64,000 nt of DNA from Gnetum montanum (lineage: Eukaryota > Plantae > Gnetophyta). Shown piece by piece: positions 1 to 12,877 of this stretch (position 1 is the stretch's first letter; each line of letters starts with the position of its first letter). Where the stretch lies: NCBI GenBank assembly GCA_015680685.1, contig MNCI01001986.1:309618-373617 (forward strand), given 5' to 3'. The notes beneath the pieces are model-generated. The model was not told the origin of the DNA. It made no database searches and saw only the letters and a program-made list of their open reading frames with translations. A program made the translations under genes and the position numbers.

Positions 1-504
1 AAGGTGGTGAAGTTATCATCTGGTGATAACATCTTCCCTCTGACTATCCACAACATAGACATGAAGTAAGTGTTAGAGGTGGAGTTTCTTGCTGATGCAC
101 TTGTGGCAACCAATCCAACACCTAGGGTTGATGCACCTAAATGAGTGGCTAAATCCAATAGCCTCCCAAAGGATCCTAAGCCTTGCATGCCCCTTAATTC
201 TTAATCAACACCTAATTAGAAAGCTACTACATGATCAAGATGTTTCCTTGGCCAAAACATGCTAAGCACTTGCTTACCCCTTGCCTCCATGGGGCATGCA
301 TTTTTGGTTTTTGCTTGCATCACATTTGTTCATGCATTTACATTTCATCTGCTTGCCTAGTTTACTCACTTCTTCTCTTTATTTACACATTTTTACTTTG
401 TTTATGCATCCATCCACTTAACTTACACATTGCATTTGAAAAACATTAAAAACACATAAAAATAAATATATATATATATATATATAAAACTACAAAAACA
501 CATG

Positions 505-1130
505 GCCCAAAAAGGCCTTAAACTAGCCCACGGCCCAAAACGGCCTTAAACTATCACTTTTTTCTTTGCTTTCCTTTCATTTATCCATTTTAACTCTGTT
601 ATGATAGGTGTTGCTTGATGTTGTTTTTTCTAGTTGATTTTTGTAGGATCTTGTAGGAACATAGCATGACTATGCATGGAACATTGCACCTCACACAAGC
701 AAGGTAAGCACTTGTCCACCATAACACAAAAGTTGGCACAAATAGTCTGGTATGACTATAAACTGGCATAGATCATCCTTGGGTCATGACGTTAAATTGA
801 CACAACATCCACCATCCACTACAATGTTAAATTGGCACTGAATAGTCTGCTAGGACTATAAACTAGCACATCACAGTTTGCCAAGATCTTAAACTAAGTT
901 CAAGATCTGCCAAGACTTTGAACTGACATGTTGCTGATTTGTTGGAGCACCTACCATTGGTGAAACCCTTTGGGCACTCACAGCATCATCACCTCCCACC
1001 ATTCTACTAATTTTTTGGAGCACCTTCCATTACTACAGCCTTTGGAGGACTACAACATCATCATCCTAGCGCTTTCATTGACTTCTTGAGGACTTTCAAC
1101 TGGAACAACATTTGACACATTCATAGCATC
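505..1130 (+). repeat. Degenerate short-motif arrays (TAAACT(G/A)GC-type units, then ~75-bp units)
   Basis: GGCCTTAAACTA twice at 512-553; AATAGTCTG..GACTATAAACT at ~741 and ~841; GGAGCACC(T/TT)CCATT-type units at ~943 and ~1017. Confidence 0.6.
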
Positions 1131-2174
1131 TTCACATCCATCACCTGTAGCATCTTCACATCTAGCATTTGCACTTGCATTTCACGTTTTATGGTTTTCT
1201 TACCTTCTCAAAGTTTTGTTTGTGAGATGAAGCCTTGAAGGTGGTCATGCGGAGATGCATTTCATCATAGCAAAAAATTGCCACATTGCTCTGATGTGCA
1301 TGATTGGACTAGTTAAGCCACTCAAGAATGCACATCCCCCTCATCCCATTACAACCTATGACCATCCACTCTTTCATCATAATATCCTCTCATCCCCCAC
1401 ATACTCATGATTTCACATCCCTCTGATGCATACACACTGTGACGCACATGGCATTCTCTTCACGTCAACCATTGAACCCATGATAGATGTAACATAACTT
1501 GTCCCATGGGGAGCCTTTGTAGGCTAGTCAAAGTCTCAAAAAAATGTAACACAACTCATCCTAGGGAGGAAACACTTATGTTGTAGATGCAATGTGATTG
1601 CATCAAAGAAAAAATCCCATATACTCGATGGCCCACCCCTTGCAACTAGTATTCAGTAGTAAGTCGAACCCAATAGAGGCTCACCTTGCAAAAAGCAAAG
1701 AAGAAAAAAGTAAAAAAAAAATGAAATGAAAAAAATGAAAAAAAAGAAGAATGGGGAAAACACATCCCTAAACAAATTGAAAATGTTGTAGCTTTGCAAC
1801 TGGCCCAACCTTGGATCAACTTTGACTCTTTCATAAGCACTCTGATGAGAGGTCAACATTTTAGGGGCAAGCCACTTCATGCCATGGTCACTATCAATCA
1901 TGCTAAATTTGCATCTTACATCATGATCCACTATTTAAATTTCATCTCCCTAGCATTGCTTATCCCCCTTGTCCCTCAGCATACCCTTATTCCCATAGCA
2001 CTCTTGAGCATGGTGAAGCATCACTTGATCAAGTACCAACGGACAATCTTGGTGCCACATCTGCTATGGTGTTTTGTAATTCTTTGTTGATGTCACTTGG
2101 GTCACTCCTCTAGATGTCAACAAAGAGGGGCTATTAAAACACCACAAAATTTCAAGTCTTGGCATCTAGTCTAC

Positions 2175-2715
2175 AAATTTAGCTAAGTGTCAAAACGATG
2201 GCACTTTAACCAATTTTTTCTAAGTGTTGAGTGTAGTAAGCTCCAATTGCTAGATTTGCAAAATTTTTCTAAGTGTCAGAATGATTCTACAAATTTTTCT
2301 GAGTGTTAAAACTTGGAAACTTTTTTCTAAGTGTCATAATGATGACACTTTATACAAATTTTTCTAAGTGTTAAAACTTGGTAAATTGTTTCTAAGTGTT
2401 GGTGCTACGCTCTAGAGCATAGCCAGCATGACATAGGTTCAAGTGCCCAGTTTTGCCTAAGTGTTGGACAAGGATATGTCAAGCTAGCTTGAGATAGAAG
2501 ACATATTTAGCACATTTCCCAACTTCTGAGGCTACCTATCTTGCTATGCCCTAGAGCATAGCCAGCATGCCACAAAGGAAGACTACAAATTTTATCAAAA
2601 TTTGGCTAAGTGTCCTTGCTACGCTCCCCAACATAGCCAGCATAACCAATGTAAAACATTAAAATTTTTCAAATTTTCACTAAGTGTTGTGTTATGCTCT
2701 AGAGCATAGCTAGCT
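2175..2715 (+). repeat. Array of ~10 TTTTCTAAGTGT motifs plus CTAGAGCATAGCCAGCAT motifs in the putative U3
   Basis: CTAAGTGT recurs at about 2183, 2220, 2268, 2326, 2364, 2392, 2457, 2606 and 2680. Confidence 0.8.
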
Positions 2716-2894
2716 TGACATTAGAGGAAAGCATCCAACAGTCTCTAAAAGCCTCTAGAACTCGGCATCGACCTTTGTCTCAATTTCAACATTCCTCTGG
2801 CAACCAAGATTTGCAATTTTCATTTTGCCTACACTCCCTACTTGTCCCAAATTGTACCTACACTCTAGAGTATAGCGAGTGTGATGAGCATAGA

Positions 2895-3545
2895 AGAAGG
2901 TGTCCCGTGTCCTACACGTAACATGGGATAAGCATAGCAGAGGGTTTCCCATGTCCCTTACATAACATGAGGCGAGTGTAGTAGGGAACGTCCCATGTCC
3001 TACACGTAACATGGGATGAGTGTAGTAACCAATGTCTTATGTCCCACATGTAACATGGGATGAGCATAGCAAGGAGTGTCCCATGTCTCACATATAACAT
3101 GGGACAAGCATAGTAGCTAGTGTCCTATGTCCCGCATGTAACATGGAACAAGTGTAGCAACCAATGTCACATGTCCTACATGTAATATGGAACGAGCATA
3201 GCAAGGGGTGTCCCATGTCCTGTATGTAACATGGGGCAAGTGTAGTAATTAGCATTCTATGTTCCACATGTAACATGGGACAAGTGTAGCAGCCAGTGTC
3301 CCATGTCTTACATGTAACATAGGACGAGCATAGCAAGGGGTGTCCCATGTCTTGCACATAACATAGGACAAGCATAGTAGCTAGCGTCTTGTGTGTCTCA
3401 CATAACATAGAACAAGTGTAGCAGCCAGAATCCCATGTCCCACATGGGACAAGCATAGTAGCCAACATTTTGTGTGCCACATGTAACATGGGATGAGCGT
3501 AGCAGCCAGCATCTTTTGTTTCACACATAACACAAGACAAGTGTA
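2895..3545. repeat. 44-bp tandem repeat (~15 units) with an internal palindrome and 132-bp higher-order period
   Basis: AACATGGGA-like core at 2920, 2964, 3008, 3052 ... 3404; unit consensus TGTCCCATGT-N10-ACATGGGACA plus a 14-nt linker. Confidence 0.95.
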
Positions 3546-4840
3546 ACGGGGAGAGTTAAAAAAATTTTAAAATTTTTTTGGTCATCTTTGGACTTAAAAA
3601 ATTTTTATAAATTTTTCTTGTGGTCTTGCTTGCCACACTACCACATGGCACCTAATCCGCATTTTGGGCTAAGCCTAGCCCTATAAATATCCTTGCATCC
3701 CAATGTTTCAGGGGGGCTTCCATTTTTCACTAGTTGGACAGTTGGCACTTTCATTTGGCATTTTGGCATCTTGGCACTTAGCTTTGTGGGTGAACGAGAC
3801 CTAGAGCACAACACGCTATGACCACGTTGCAACCCTGCATTGCATGGTACACTGTAGCTTTATTGCAACCCTCTAGAACATCGCATGGTACACCACGATG
3901 GCCAACATGGTAGACACAATTTATCATAGCGAGTACCAAACTTCATGACCCAGCACCACTAAGACTATGACTACACTCCCACTATGCCTTTTGTACACTA
4001 TGTACCTTTTGAGATCCTTTTGGAATTAGCTACGCTCCGCTTTTTGGGGCGGTGCACTTCTATTCTTAAATTCTATTACATTTCTCAAACATTTCTCTTT
4101 GGTATTCAACGTAACATTTGTATTTTCTTGCTTTTTCATACATATTTTCACATTCACGTCATTGTTCTCAGGCCTAAACACCCTGCTACACTCTTGCTTA
4201 GTCAATCCCAATGTCTACCCATAACACAGTATAAACCCTTCTCACACATGGTCATTTTAACACCATGTAAGTCCCTGTCTGATCAACAAGATCATTTAGG
4301 AACCTTGTTTCTATCTCCAAATGTGACCCTCGCATAGATTCAAGGTTAGGTTGTACACCTGCGAACCTCTTAGTGTTCCAAACACCTATGTTTTTAAATG
4401 TTACACATGTCAAAGTCATCAAACATCAAAATTCAAAAATAGAAACCAGACATCGATAATCACACATTAAGCACAAACCATCATCAGTAAATAGTAACAA
4501 CAACATTGTGTCCTCTAATAATAAAGTAGATTTATTAGTGAAAATTGAGAAAATATCACACTTAATCAAAAGAAAGAAAAGAAAAAAAATAAAGTAAAAT
4601 ATATAAGAAAGTGTAAAAGAATCAAGAAAATTTAAATGTACTAAAATTGGTATAAAATTAAAAAAATTGGAAAATCAAAAATTTATAAAATCAAAAATAT
4701 GTAAACAAAAAGGTAGAAAAACTAAGAGGCCATGGTAATGGTTAGCATGGATGGCCATCACCCCCACAACTGAGTTGGAAGGAGGAGATCTGAAAAATAG
4801 AACATGGGTGTCCATCAATTGAGGTCGTAGTTACACTGGC

Positions 4841-7800
4841 CTATCTTGGTTCTAGAAAAGGTTTGACTTGTTTGATATTGATCAACTGATTTTTATTTGG
4901 GCTATTAGGTTTGTAACTTATCATGGCCCTATAGGGAAAGGTTTGATCAATTATATAAGGTTCCTCCCACAATGTTTGAAATTTTTCCTTTTGAGGTACA
5001 TATGCAGGGTTCCAGTAGAGGACCTTATCTCTTGGTTGAAACCTTACTTTCCTAATTCTAAGGTCATGGCATTGCTTGTTGAATGCCTTGTTCACCTCAT
5101 TCAAAGATAAGGCCACTATGTGATTTTCATTTAACACATTCAGATTGATCAATCATTCCTTCTATGCTAGACTTAGGTTAAGGTTTAATTCACAGGCCAT
5201 TGAGAGTGTACGGAGCTCAGATTGAATCGGAAGTGTTGGAAGTTTTCTATACACTAAATCATCAGGAGAGTATCCAATAGGAAGTTTCCAAGTTGATTAG
5301 TAATCCTAGAAAGCATCATTAAGTTTTGTGCTCCAATCCTTCCTATATTTACTAATGGTTTGCGTTAATATTTTTGTAATTTTCTAGTCGGTTACCTGTG
5401 CTTGACCATTGGCTTAGGGGTGGTAAGATGTTATTAATTTATGTTCTACCCTGAAGAGTTACATTAATTTTTGAAATGTGGCACTTGTGAAATGAGTCCC
5501 ATTATCAGAAATTAGTGAATGTGGCATCCAAAACCTATTTACAATATGTTGTTGTATAAATTTGGTGGTAGTGGTTGACATGCAATTTGTAATAGTTGCT
5601 GCTTCAGCCCATTTTGTGCAATAGTCAACTACTACTATAATATATGCATTCTTGTTAGACATGGGTGTGATGGGACCCATGAAGTCAACACCCCATATCT
5701 CAAAAGGTTATAGTGATTGAATCCACTTTTGAGGATCTTCCATACAAGCAATCATCACCCCATCATGTTGACAATGTTCACAAGACTTGATAAACTAGTG
5801 GGCATCCCTAAATATTGTGGGCCAATAGTATCCTACCATCAGATTTTTTATGGCCATGCATCTCCTTGCATAGTGACCTCCACAAGGTCCTTCATGAGCA
5901 TTATGGAGAGCATGTAGTTAATCTTCATCAAGGACACACCAACGGATTAGGCCATCAGCATACACCTTGTAAAGGTATCTGTTAATTTCCATGAAGTATT
6001 TGTCTCGATGAAAAAATTGTTGCTTTTTCTTAAAATTGAAGTCTTGTGGCATCTCTTGAGTTAGAAGATATGTGAGGATGCCATTATACCATATCACTTT
6101 TTTAGGCATTTGTTCATTTATTGCTCTAGTAAAGAGGAGTTCGTTTAGAAATTGATCAAAGAGTGGGCTCTCCTCCTCTTTATTATTCCATCTTAAGTAA
6201 GAAAGATGGTTAGCAACCACATTCTTGATCCCTTTTTGATCTACCATAGTAAGATCAAATTCCTACAAGATCACAAGCCATCATATAACATGAGGGCTCA
6301 CCATCAACTTATTCATAAGGAAGCAAATTGCATTGTGATTTGTAGGTACAAATATTTTGTAACCTAGCACATAATGTCTAAAATTTTCTAACACATACAC
6401 CACTGCCATTAATTCTTTCTCCATGGTAGTGTAATTTAACTTTGCTTCCACAATGCTTTGACTCACACAGTGGATATAATATAGACATTTTTTATCGTCC
6501 ATCTACATGAGTACTACTACAAAAGCATAGCTAGGTGCATTTGTCATGATATGGAATGGTCTAGACCAATATGATACCTGTAGGATTGGTGTTTCTATGA
6601 GTTTCTCTTTTAATTATTAGAATGTGTTTTCACATTTCTTAGTCCAATTAAAAGGTGCATCTTTCTTTGTAAGTTCTACCAACGACTTTGAAATCTTAGA
6701 GAAATTCTTAATAAAGTGTTGGTAGTAACCAGTGTATCTAAGGAACGACTAAACATCTTTAATGGTCTCTAGTTGGCTTATTATTCCTTGGATGACCCTT
6801 ATCTTTTCTAGCTCTGCCTCAATCCCTTTCCATGAAATTTGGTATCCTAGCACAATGCCTTCTTGGACCATGAGATGGCTCTTTTTCCAGTTGAGCCATA
6901 GGTTTATCTCAACACATCTTTTTAGTACTTGCTCAAGTCAGTCCAAGGCTTGCTTAAAGGTAGCTCCATAGGGGAAAATTCATCCATCAAGACTTCAACA
7001 CCACTACTAATTTTTTATTGAAAGATACTAAGGACGAAGTGTTGAAATGTTGTAGAGGCATTACATAGGCCAAATGGCATCTTACAATATGCAAAAGTCC
7101 CCTAGGGACTCGTGAATGTTGTCTTGGCCTAGTCTTCTAGTGCAATTTGGATTTGGTTATAGCAGCTATAACCATCCAAGAAACCATAATAACAATGCTT
7201 GGATATGGTTTCTAATACTTAATCCAAAAATGGTAAAGAAAAGTCATCATTAAATGTTGACATATTTAACAATGTAAAGTCAATGAAAACTTGTCATTTA
7301 CCATTCTCCTTTGGTACAATTACGAATGGGCTAACCCACTTACTATCTATGATTTAATAGATAAACCCTATCCTGAGGAGTTACTTTATCTTCTCCTTAA
7401 CGATTTGCTTCAATTTGGGGTTTAGTTGTCTTTACAGCTGCCTTCTAGGCTTCATGGCCAAGTTAGTGTAGATGCGATGCTGGCATATTCTTAGATTGGT
7501 TCCTATTAACTCTAGATATCACCAAGCAAAGGTTGTTGAAAATTTATTCATCACTTTCAACAAATTTTCTTTTTGTTTAGGAGCAAGTTTGACATTAATG
7601 ATGATTAGTTTACCATTCTTTAAAAATGCATACTCCATTCTGATTGATAGAGTTTTAGTTCTAAGGGCTCTTGCTTGAAGTGATCAGGGATCTCCAAATC
7701 TCCCCAATAGTTATCATCATCTTCATTAGAGAGTTGGAAATGGACTTGTTCAATTTTGTCCATGCCTTCTACATATGCACAAGTTAAACTCTTAGTTTTC

Positions 7801-8460
7801 TCCATGCATGTTGTGCTACTATTTGAATTAGCTATTAGCCATTCGGTGCCCTCCTAATTTATGGTTGCTATGTATAGACACCATTGAATATTAATTTCTT
7901 GCACATATTAATTGCATGCCTTAATGTATGTGCTTTTGATTGACCAAATCTTTTGCACATAACTGCACCCTTTTTCACTATATGCGATGCATGGAATTTG
8001 CTTCTTCTCAATTTTTCCTAACTCATTCTCCTTAGATATTTCAAGAGATAGGTCCCTTATACTCATTCGTGCATCGACCATGCTTAACCAAGCCCTTTCC
8101 ATGATGATGGGGAAGTCACTTTTGTAGTTGTCCACCTTGATTATCAAAAAATCAACAGGATAGGCCCACCCACAAACTATGGTTACAATGTCCTCTACGA
8201 ATCCCAAAGGGACTATGATCGACTGATCTACTAATTCTAAATGAATATTGCTCCTCTTAAGAGGTGGTAGGTTCCAGGCCTTATACATATCATGGGAGAT
8301 GAGGTTAACACTGAAACTAAAGTTAAGAAGAGCCTTGCATGGCTCTTATCTAGCAATCTATAGAAAGATGAGTAGACTTCTTGGATCAGATCTTTTTGTA
8401 GTAAGGTTGCCAGCCTTGATCTAGTTAGAAACAACATGAGTTAGCATTATAGTGCAAATC
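4841..8460 (-). pseudogene. pol remnant of element A (protease, RT, RNase H, integrase)
   Basis: VEDIVTIVCGWAYPVDFLII (protease region); MPFGLCNA..TF (RT); NYTTMEKELMAVVYVLENFRHY (RNase H); DFMGP..YIIVVVDYCTKWAEA..LISDNGTHF (integrase). Many stops and frameshifts. Confidence 0.95.
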
Positions 8461-10579
8461 CTAGGTGGCACTTGGTTTGAAGGATGCTCAAAGGTATTTG
8501 ATGCAGAGGATGAGGCTACTAGAGATATAGGGTGATCAATCAGAGTAGGTTATGAGGGCTAGAAAGGATTTTTGGGCTAGACCATTTGGTTAAAAAATTG
8601 GTTGTGAGTGTATATCCCTTGTAGCATTTCGTTGTTGTGACTATGGAGGAATTTCACCCTGCATGGATGGAGCAGGAGGTAACTAAGTTAAAGGTGGAGG
8701 TGTAGGTGCAGAGGGATGTGGAGGATGATAAGGATGTAGATGTGGGTTTTTCCTTGAGTAGATGATGAATGTGTTTAGTGGTACTTTGGAGTGTAATAGT
8801 GATGCTGGAATGATGCATGACTCGCTAAACTTCTAGGGGTGATGGATTGCTGAACATAGTATCCATATGGATAGGGTTTCCTATAAGGGTATTGCTATCT
8901 TGGTGATGGCATTTACCATGATTGTGATTAATACCACTGTTGGTACTATTCATAAGGTTGTGGAGGAATTTCAATTGGGTAGTAAGCTTGTTGATATTAG
9001 TGGAATTTCCTTGGACTACCTTGAGGGTAAGGTAATCATCTTAGAGCTTGTCTACATGCTAGGAGAGGATTTAATGTGTACACTCCAGACTCTTGTATGT
9101 GTGAGACCATAGGGCAACATCCCTTTGAATGTTTATATTGACAAATTTCACATTCAATTTCATCATTAGAGTCAGATTCCACAACTTCCTCTACTACAGT
9201 AGCTTTGCCCTTACCTCTTTGGTAGGCACGTTTAGTTTTTTTTTGCCATCTATGATTACGATCACTATTTTGCTCTTTGGATTCTTCAACAATTTTCAAA
9301 GCGATTTGAAAATTTTCATCCAAAGAGTTCCATAACTTGTCAACCTTGGCTGAAATGTTAGAAATAGATTTTTGGATAGGCAAGGTCTTTCTATTCACCA
9401 CTTCATCAAGTGGTGACTCCTCCTCATCACAAAATTAGACCTCTTGTTTTCTAATGGACAGATCCCTATTATACTCTTTAGCACTCTCCCTTTTTCATAG
9501 CTCATGTTCTTCTTTTGCTACCTACTCAATTACCCTTTGGATTTAATGACCTCTCATTTTAGACAGCCTTCCTTGGGCATACACCCCAAGGGTTCTTCTT
9601 ATTTCTACTTTAAGCCCGTCTATGATGTGGTGAAGTTGTTTCCTCTGAGAGTAACCATGGCTAGGGCATCTATGTAAGAGTGAATAGTATTAGCCCATGG
9701 TGGCATCCAAAGGTTCATGTGCTCCTTGTTTCTATCCTTGGATTTGCCTCTCAGATTAGACACTTTGGAGTATGTTTGGTATTTGTCATTAAATAGCTCC
9801 AACATGGTACTCCATCTTTAGATAGATTCTGATTCTAAGGATCGGTACCAACTTTCAACTTTCTTAATGAGTGTCCTTGGAAAAAACTTGAGTTTTTGCC
9901 ACTTTTTCTTAATATTCTATAAGGCACAAGCATCTTGAAAAGCTTGTAGATATGTTTGTGTTGGCACATTTTGGCCATTTCATGGAACAGGAATTTGCAG
10001 ATCGAAGCAAGCAATGAAGGAAGTAATCAAGGGTCTGTGTATCTATGTAGTAGCAGGTCTGGTCTATGTGCTGGGTTATTGTAGATTTTTGTGGGTTTAA
10101 TATATGAATTCTGGAATCTATTTTTGGGTTGTCATATATCACACCTCATTAAAAAGAGCTCAAAAATTAAGTGATTGGTAGACACCCTAAGGTACAAGAT
10201 TCAAAGCCTAGTATTATCACCTCCATAGGCTATCTTAAAGGCATGTTCCAACCATAAATTATAGCGAATAAGTTAAGTACTTTGAATAGTTCTGTGAATT
10301 CAAAACCTGCTACCAAAGACCTTTATCATTTGCCCTTACTATACCACCTAGAGTAAGCAGACCTCACCTTACCAAAATAATGATAGCTATAACATTGCAT
10401 AGAAATTCATATAACTTGTTTGAATGTCTATTTCCAATGTTCCCTGCGATATTAGCCATATACCTGCCATCGTCAGTTCAGGATAAAGGGCAAGAGTAAA
10501 CTAAATGTGTGGGGATCTAGTTTTGATATTTACACACTGACTTTTATACAAGCTTGTTGGAGCGGAAGATATTCTATTC

Positions 10580-10670
10580 AAACATACAGGATGTGGGCAA
10601 GTTGAGTTTAGCAGCCATGGACAGCTTTACTTTACCGACAACAATGGTAGCCCAGCTTGGTCCACCCTCA
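10580..10670 (+). pseudogene. Possible bulb-type (G-type) lectin domain fragment
   Basis: Frame from 10589 reads GCGQVEFSSHGQLYFTDNNGSPAWST, resembling the L.F..DG.L.L.D.NG..VWST motif of S-domain receptor kinases. Short match. Confidence 0.35.
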
Positions 10671-10789
10671 TTTTTTGGTTGCAATATTCAGTTTTTCCTG
10701 GCTAGCATGGAGAATTTCCACAACAATCTGAGAACTAGAATCAGACACGGCACTGTTCAACACTTCCAATTACAGTGATTCCAAGTATC

Positions 10790-11150
10790 AGGTACAGCAG
10801 TGGAGGGAGCTGGCCGTTGAGCACGTTATGAGGTTCGTCACGGTCTTCATGGCATTTTGAGATGGATACTGCGGTGGTGTGAACAACGAGTGTGACACGT
10901 TTCTGGAGGAATTCTTCAGTGTTCTTCTCTTCTACACAAACGCAGTCAGCAAGTCCATCAGATTTCGTGCCTGCCTATTGCTGTCAAAAATTCTACCGTG
11001 CATCTTCAATGATGCCGAGGTTTCCAATGAGGCCTGGGATGCTGTTATTGCTGTTATGCAACGTTGCCTCCATGACCACGCCCCCATCATTAGGGTTTTT
11101 TCCACCCGTTCCCTTGCGCGTTTCACCGGTGACCCCGAGAACGTCAAAAT
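10790..11150 (+). pseudogene. Fragment of condensin I subunit CAP-G (condensin complex subunit 3), N-terminal HEAT region
   Basis: VEHVMRFV..*DG..ECDTFLEEFF..LL...A.SKSIRFRACLLLSKIL...DAEVSNEAWDAVI..MQRCLHDHAPIIRVFSTRSLARFTGDPEN matches plant CAP-G as I recall it (CDEFLEEFL..RFRACQIISEII..EV.DELWD.VI..M..R..DKVPVIR.FAVR.LSRF.NDPEN). One in-frame TGA at ~10858; truncated at both ends. Confidence 0.85.
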
Positions 11151-11793
11151 TGGAGAGTGTGGAAAAATGCTCTATAATTTATGCTAGACAGATTTATGAT
11201 GAAGGAGCATGAAAACGTAGCAGATTTGTTGTTGGAATTCTGGATGATTCCCTTCGATGGAGGAAGACGAATTTGGCCTAGCATGGTTTCAGCTTTGCAG
11301 TAGCTCAGGGTTGCTCTTGGGGCTCTAGTTTTTCACAGTGACTGGCGAGTTGATGGGAGGATAAGGCCATGTGGTCCGTTGCCGTCACTACAGCGCTCAC
11401 CGGAATCATCATCCTGGGCCATCCCTGGTGTCGTCTCTGCTTTCAGGAACAAAAAGAAGAAGGAAGGGTCCCTGTTCCTGCGCCTACATCATTTGTTGGG
11501 CCTGTTTTCGTAGTAGTAGAGCACCGAATATAGATGCAGATTTCTAGGTCGTCGTCGGATTCAAGGTTGTGCACTGTAGCTCCAAGAATGATCTCACGAC
11601 CATGCCAAAAATACAAGATATACAATCCAAGTACTTCCAACTTTGTTATCTGCTAGGGCCAAAACGTGAATTCCATGAGAGGCTCACTTAAAAGTTGAAA
11701 CATAAAAAAAAGGGGTGCCATAAGAATAGGCAGAAACGTTGCATAGATTTTTCAGCCTTTGACAAGGGATGAAGAAATTTGACAGATGAGAAA

Positions 11794-12877
11794 TGTTAGG
11801 ATAATATAGTTGAAAGGTCAAAATGATGTATATTAGAGGGTTTAAAAGAATTACTTTAAATATTTATTATTTTTTTAATGCCCTATATGTATAGGTATGA
11901 AACAAGTGTCAATTATAATTCTTTCATATCTAACTACCATGGTGGTTAGAACTTCCCTTAGTGATTGCAACCAAATTGTAACCCCTACAAAGGACACTTG
12001 TCAACTACAACCTCTTTATCTCCACAATGGCCACTTGTCAACCAAATGGAACACTTTTCAACTACAACTTTTTTATCTCCATGGTGACCACTTGGCAACT
12101 GAATGAAGACACTTGGCAACTAAATGAAGAAACTTGGCAACTAAATGGGACACTTGTCACCTGCAGCTTTTTTCTCTCTACGGTGGTTATAACCATCCAG
12201 GATATTTTGTAACTTACCTACCTACCTTTGAACCCTATAAAAAGGCTTCAGGGATCTTGGGGGATACATCACTTGGGGTCTCATTTTTGGATCACACTTG
12301 AGCTCTCACTTAGAGACACACTTGGGATCACACATTGTGAAAGATTGCTTGTAAGATGGCTTGCTAAAGAAAGGATTTTAGCCTCTTTTTCATAGTCCTG
12401 TGAGTTATGTTTTATTTTTATTAAATTGTCTAGCTAGTGGTTTAGATAGTATCATCCTTGGCAAGTAATTTTGGGGATTTTAGATTGCTCTTATTGTTCT
12501 TGTTGCCCGATAGAAATTTCTGTTAAAATTTTGCCATAGAAGCGCTTGTGTTTGAAAGCCTTAAGAGCATTTTAGTAGTAACTTTATTATTTTGCAACGT
12601 ATAAGGACCACTATTGGGATTGTTGTAAGAGAGCCTCTGCTTGTAGTCATGCCGTTGAACGATTCAATAGTCAAGAGGGTTCAAAAAATATTTGGTATTT
12701 TGATGGGACCAGAATAGCTTCTTTTTATCTTTAAAGTGAATCTCCATGGTATTTCAATAAGAAATTGTCAAGTATTTTGAAGGTTCTTTCGAATTCAATT
12801 GTTGACATTTATTATCTAGCCAAAATGGAGTCTCGTACATGATAGTTTACGCAACAATTTTTTGGTAGCATAGTAGG
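11794..12877 (+). mobile_element. Nested LTR (~1063 bp) followed by a PBS-like site
   Basis: TGTTAGG at 11794 and GCAACA at 12856; CTATAAAAAGG near 12235; CACTTG(G/T)CAACT repeats at 11990-12160; TGGTAGCATAGTAGG at 12863. Confidence 0.55.

Larger units (their letters stand above)
1..4407 (+). mobile_element. 3' part of a probable Ogre/Tat-lineage gypsy element (3' UTR, PPT, long 3' LTR) inserted downstream of the pol of element A
   Basis: PPT AAAGAGGGG at 2122-2130 followed by an LTR-like start (TATTAAAACACCACAAAATTT); TATA-like CTATAAATA near 3681; LTR-like end TTTTTAAATGTTACACA at 4407; repeat-rich 3' UTR. Termini are degenerate and no coding domain was recognised. Confidence 0.55.

Noticed and set aside
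1841-1875. Hammerhead ribozyme core CTGATGA
   Set aside because: No following stem II and GAAA.
2755-3540. Cys/His/Met-rich ORFs
   Set aside because: Translations of the 44-bp tandem repeat.
10879-11187. Functional CAP-G gene
   Set aside because: Only ~120 codons, with an upstream in-frame stop, no further exons, and embedded in a TSD-bounded insertion.
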